NCBI GenBank assembly: GCA_041641305.1
Contig: JBEPYN010000001.1
Coordinates: forward strand, 96,001-160,000
Length of the DNA stretch: 64,000 nucleotides
Direction: 5' to 3'
From: Nitrososphaerota archaeon
Lineage (GTDB): Archaea > Thermoproteota > Nitrososphaeria_A > Caldarchaeales > Caldarchaeaceae
Part shown: piece by piece, positions 62,222-64,000 of the stretch
How positions within the stretch are numbered: position 1 is the stretch's first letter
Layout of the letters: each line of letters begins with the position of its first letter
Notes under the pieces: generated by a model
What the model was told of the DNA's origin: nothing
Seen by the model: only the letters and a program-made list of their open reading frames with translations
Databases searched by the model: none
Translations under genes and position numbers: made by a program

Positions 62222-62497
62222 CCCGCCTGAGATAGGAGGCAAGACAACCACCACATCACCCTCCTTAAGCCGAGTAGATGCCCAGAGGCTTCTATCGAGA
62301 TTTTCACCATTTAGCGCAAGTGCAAACCCCGCTCTGAGACCCCCGCCTTCAAAAAGATCGGCCAGAACCCTGCCATAAGTCTCTCGAAGCTTTTCTAGAA
62401 AATCGAGGATAGACGAGTCTTCAGGTAGATCGAATTCTTCAGAGGATTTCCCCAGCCTCTCCCGAAGCACTGCATAGTATTTGGTTTGGATTTTCAA
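62150..62497 (-). CDS. moaD: MoaD/SAMP ubiquitin-like sulfur carrier with a 23-aa tail after GG
   Basis: TTG start overlaps the moaE stop; YYAVLRE, LNGE, LKEGDVVVVLPPISGG then LPEAG...LLNN. Confidence 0.85.
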   Translation of the reverse strand: MKIQTKYYAVLRERLGKSSEEFDLPEDSSILDFLEKLRETYGRVLADLFEGGGLRAGFALALNGENLDRSLWASTRLKEGDVVVVLPPISGGLPEAGKPHTALSLILACVGLLNN

Positions 62498-62934
62498 GCG
62501 CCCTCCAACCATTTCCCCGTCCCGTCGATGTAAACCTCCTTCTTAAAGAGGGCTGGCTCTCGTTTATAGCGTTCGACAGCTGTTCTAAGTCCGCGGAAAA
62601 CCTCGTCCCTGCTCTCCCCCGCAGCGGCCACGAAGACAACGGGTTCACCCACATTAAGCACCCCAACCAAATGCCATATCCCCACAAACCTCAACCCATA
62701 CTCCCCAGTCACTTCCTCACAAATTTTCTTGAGAGCTTTGTTGGCATGCTCCTCATATGATTCCATATGCAGCTTCTCAACATCTACTTCCCCGCGGCCT
62801 TTCCTCTTCACAATCCCTAGAAAAAAAGCCGCCGCCCCACATGAACCATCCGACACACGCGAGACAACAAGCTCAAACAACCTCACAAAATCCAGCTCAC
62901 CCCTGCCATACACACCAGGCTCAGGAAGATCCAT
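62494..62934 (-). CDS. moaE: Molybdopterin synthase catalytic subunit
   Basis: GAAAFFLGIVK, ESY, H..G.LNVGE, KREPALFKKE. Confidence 0.9.
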   Translation of the reverse strand: MDLPEPGVYGRGELDFVRLFELVVSRVSDGSCGAAAFFLGIVKRKGRGEVDVEKLHMESYEEHANKALKKICEEVTGEYGLRFVGIWHLVGVLNVGEPVVFVAAAGESRDEVFRGLRTAVERYKREPALFKKEVYIDGTGKWLEGA

Positions 62935-63141
62935 GACAAAAAAGCGGACAACGAGCCAATAATCTTTTCTCATGGCCAAAAAAATTACTGGAAAAAATAA
63001 TTGTAGACAAACGTATTTTTCGGGTAGAAAAGAATAGATTTCGTCAGAAAATGTCTGACAAAATTTAGATGCATAGCCTGCACAGCATATGATTTATATG
63101 TTGTGACTTTTTTCCAGAAACCGAGGTCCAAAGAAAAGAAA

Positions 63142-63519
63142 ATGCTTGAAAGTAAAGTTGCACAGGAAAGGGTAGTAGGCAAACACGTCTTCGGAAACCT
63201 CTACAACTGCCCAGAAAACCTCATCAGCGACGAAAAATACCTGCGCAAAGTAGTCCGCGAAGCCATCAAGCAGGCGAACATGTCACTAGTATCTTTAAGG
63301 TCATGGAGCTTCGGCGGAGAAAAAGGGGGGGTATCAGTAATCGCCCTAATCACAGAAAGCCACGTGGCCGTCCACACATGGCGCGAATACAATTACGCAA
63401 CAGTAGACATTTACACATGCGGAGAAGCCAGCAACCCCGAAAAAGCCTTCGACTACATAGTACAACACCTCAGCCCCGAAAACGTCACACGCTTCTACGC
63501 TGACCGATCCTCCGGGTAA
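63142..63519 (+). CDS. speD: S-adenosylmethionine decarboxylase proenzyme (the arginine decarboxylase paralog cannot be excluded)
   Basis: GKHV, GGVS..ITESHVAVHTW.E...VDIYTCG (E-S pyruvoyl cleavage site). Confidence 0.88.
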   Translation: MLESKVAQERVVGKHVFGNLYNCPENLISDEKYLRKVVREAIKQANMSLVSLRSWSFGGEKGGVSVIALITESHVAVHTWREYNYATVDIYTCGEASNPEKAFDYIVQHLSPENVTRFYADRSSG

Positions 63520-63526
63520 AACGTAA

Positions 63527-63911
63527 AAGGTTTACCTTAAACCATTTTTATCATTTTTGTTGTAGCCAAGCCCATCATAAAGAGTTCGATTTATCGAACA
63601 TCCAAGAGGACGTATAAAACCCAGCCCACACATTCACAACAGCCATTGAATTATTGAAACATCTGTCCGATATCCCAACCGATTCGCTTAGTTGCACCCG
63701 TATTAATCCCCATCAGGCACTCTAGATACGGGGTTATCCGTTTAGAAACGGATCTAAAACGTCCTAGAATGCGTTGCAAAAAACCCATTAACACGATAAA
63801 TTTTTCATTTCAATAAGATTTGAATTATTCTATAAAGCGATGTGTTGGTGACGACTGTTCAAAAATTCGAACACTTGAAGCAGCAATTAGATCCATCATA
63901 AGGTAAACCTT
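63527..63911. repeat. 13-bp inverted repeat pair bracketing an AT-rich non-coding stretch with internal palindromes
   Basis: AAGGTTTACCTTA 63527-63539 versus TAAGGTAAACCTT 63899-63911; GTTCGAT-TT-ATCGAAC 63584-63599; ATCCGTTT-AG-AAACGGAT 63736-63753. Confidence 0.55.
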
Positions 63912-63938
63912 ATAACTTCAAAGTTCTACGTTAAACAT

Positions 63939-64000
63939 ATGAAAAAGAAACAAGATCAAATAAACAACAACCAACTCAGGAAATCCGTCGAGCAGGCAAT
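63939..64000 (+). CDS. Possible 5' end of a gene running off the window
   Basis: ATG 63939 open to the end (MKKKQDQINNNQLRKSVEQA); TTATAA about 25 nt upstream. Confidence 0.4.
   Translation, partial: MKKKQDQINNNQLRKSVEQA

Overview
Densely packed core-genome region of a TACK-group archaeon. rpS25e, TFE, aTrm56, class I LysRS, a single-OB SSB, EgsA and heme O synthase are present, and the gene style suggests an aerobic Aigarchaeota/Caldarchaeum-like organism (inference, no search run). It holds about 75 CDS covering translation, RNA modification, DNA repair, lipid, cofactor and central metabolism, plus two intronless tRNAs (Lys-TTT, Thr-TGT). I found no CRISPR array, rRNA, integrase or transposase. 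Most notable observations: (1) an orphan SPPY-type DNA methyltransferase broken by a +1 frameshift at a prfB-like CTT-TAA site next to a T6 run; (2) a MoaD/SAMP ubiquitin-like protein whose Gly-Gly is capped by a 23-aa tail; (3) an acidic L35Ae-like protein; (4) an EMC6/RAB5IF-like membrane protein hidden in a longer spurious ORF; (5) a coiled-coil/Zn + wHTH + Hjc(CPHC) operon; (6) an Rqc2-CBS-Mut7C-AMMECR1-glycosyltransferase operon; (7) membrane-sensor cassettes coupled to KaiC-like or wHTH proteins; (8) a haloarchaeal-type phosphomevalonate decarboxylase; (9) overlap at every convergent gene junction. Family calls come from motif recognition by eye.
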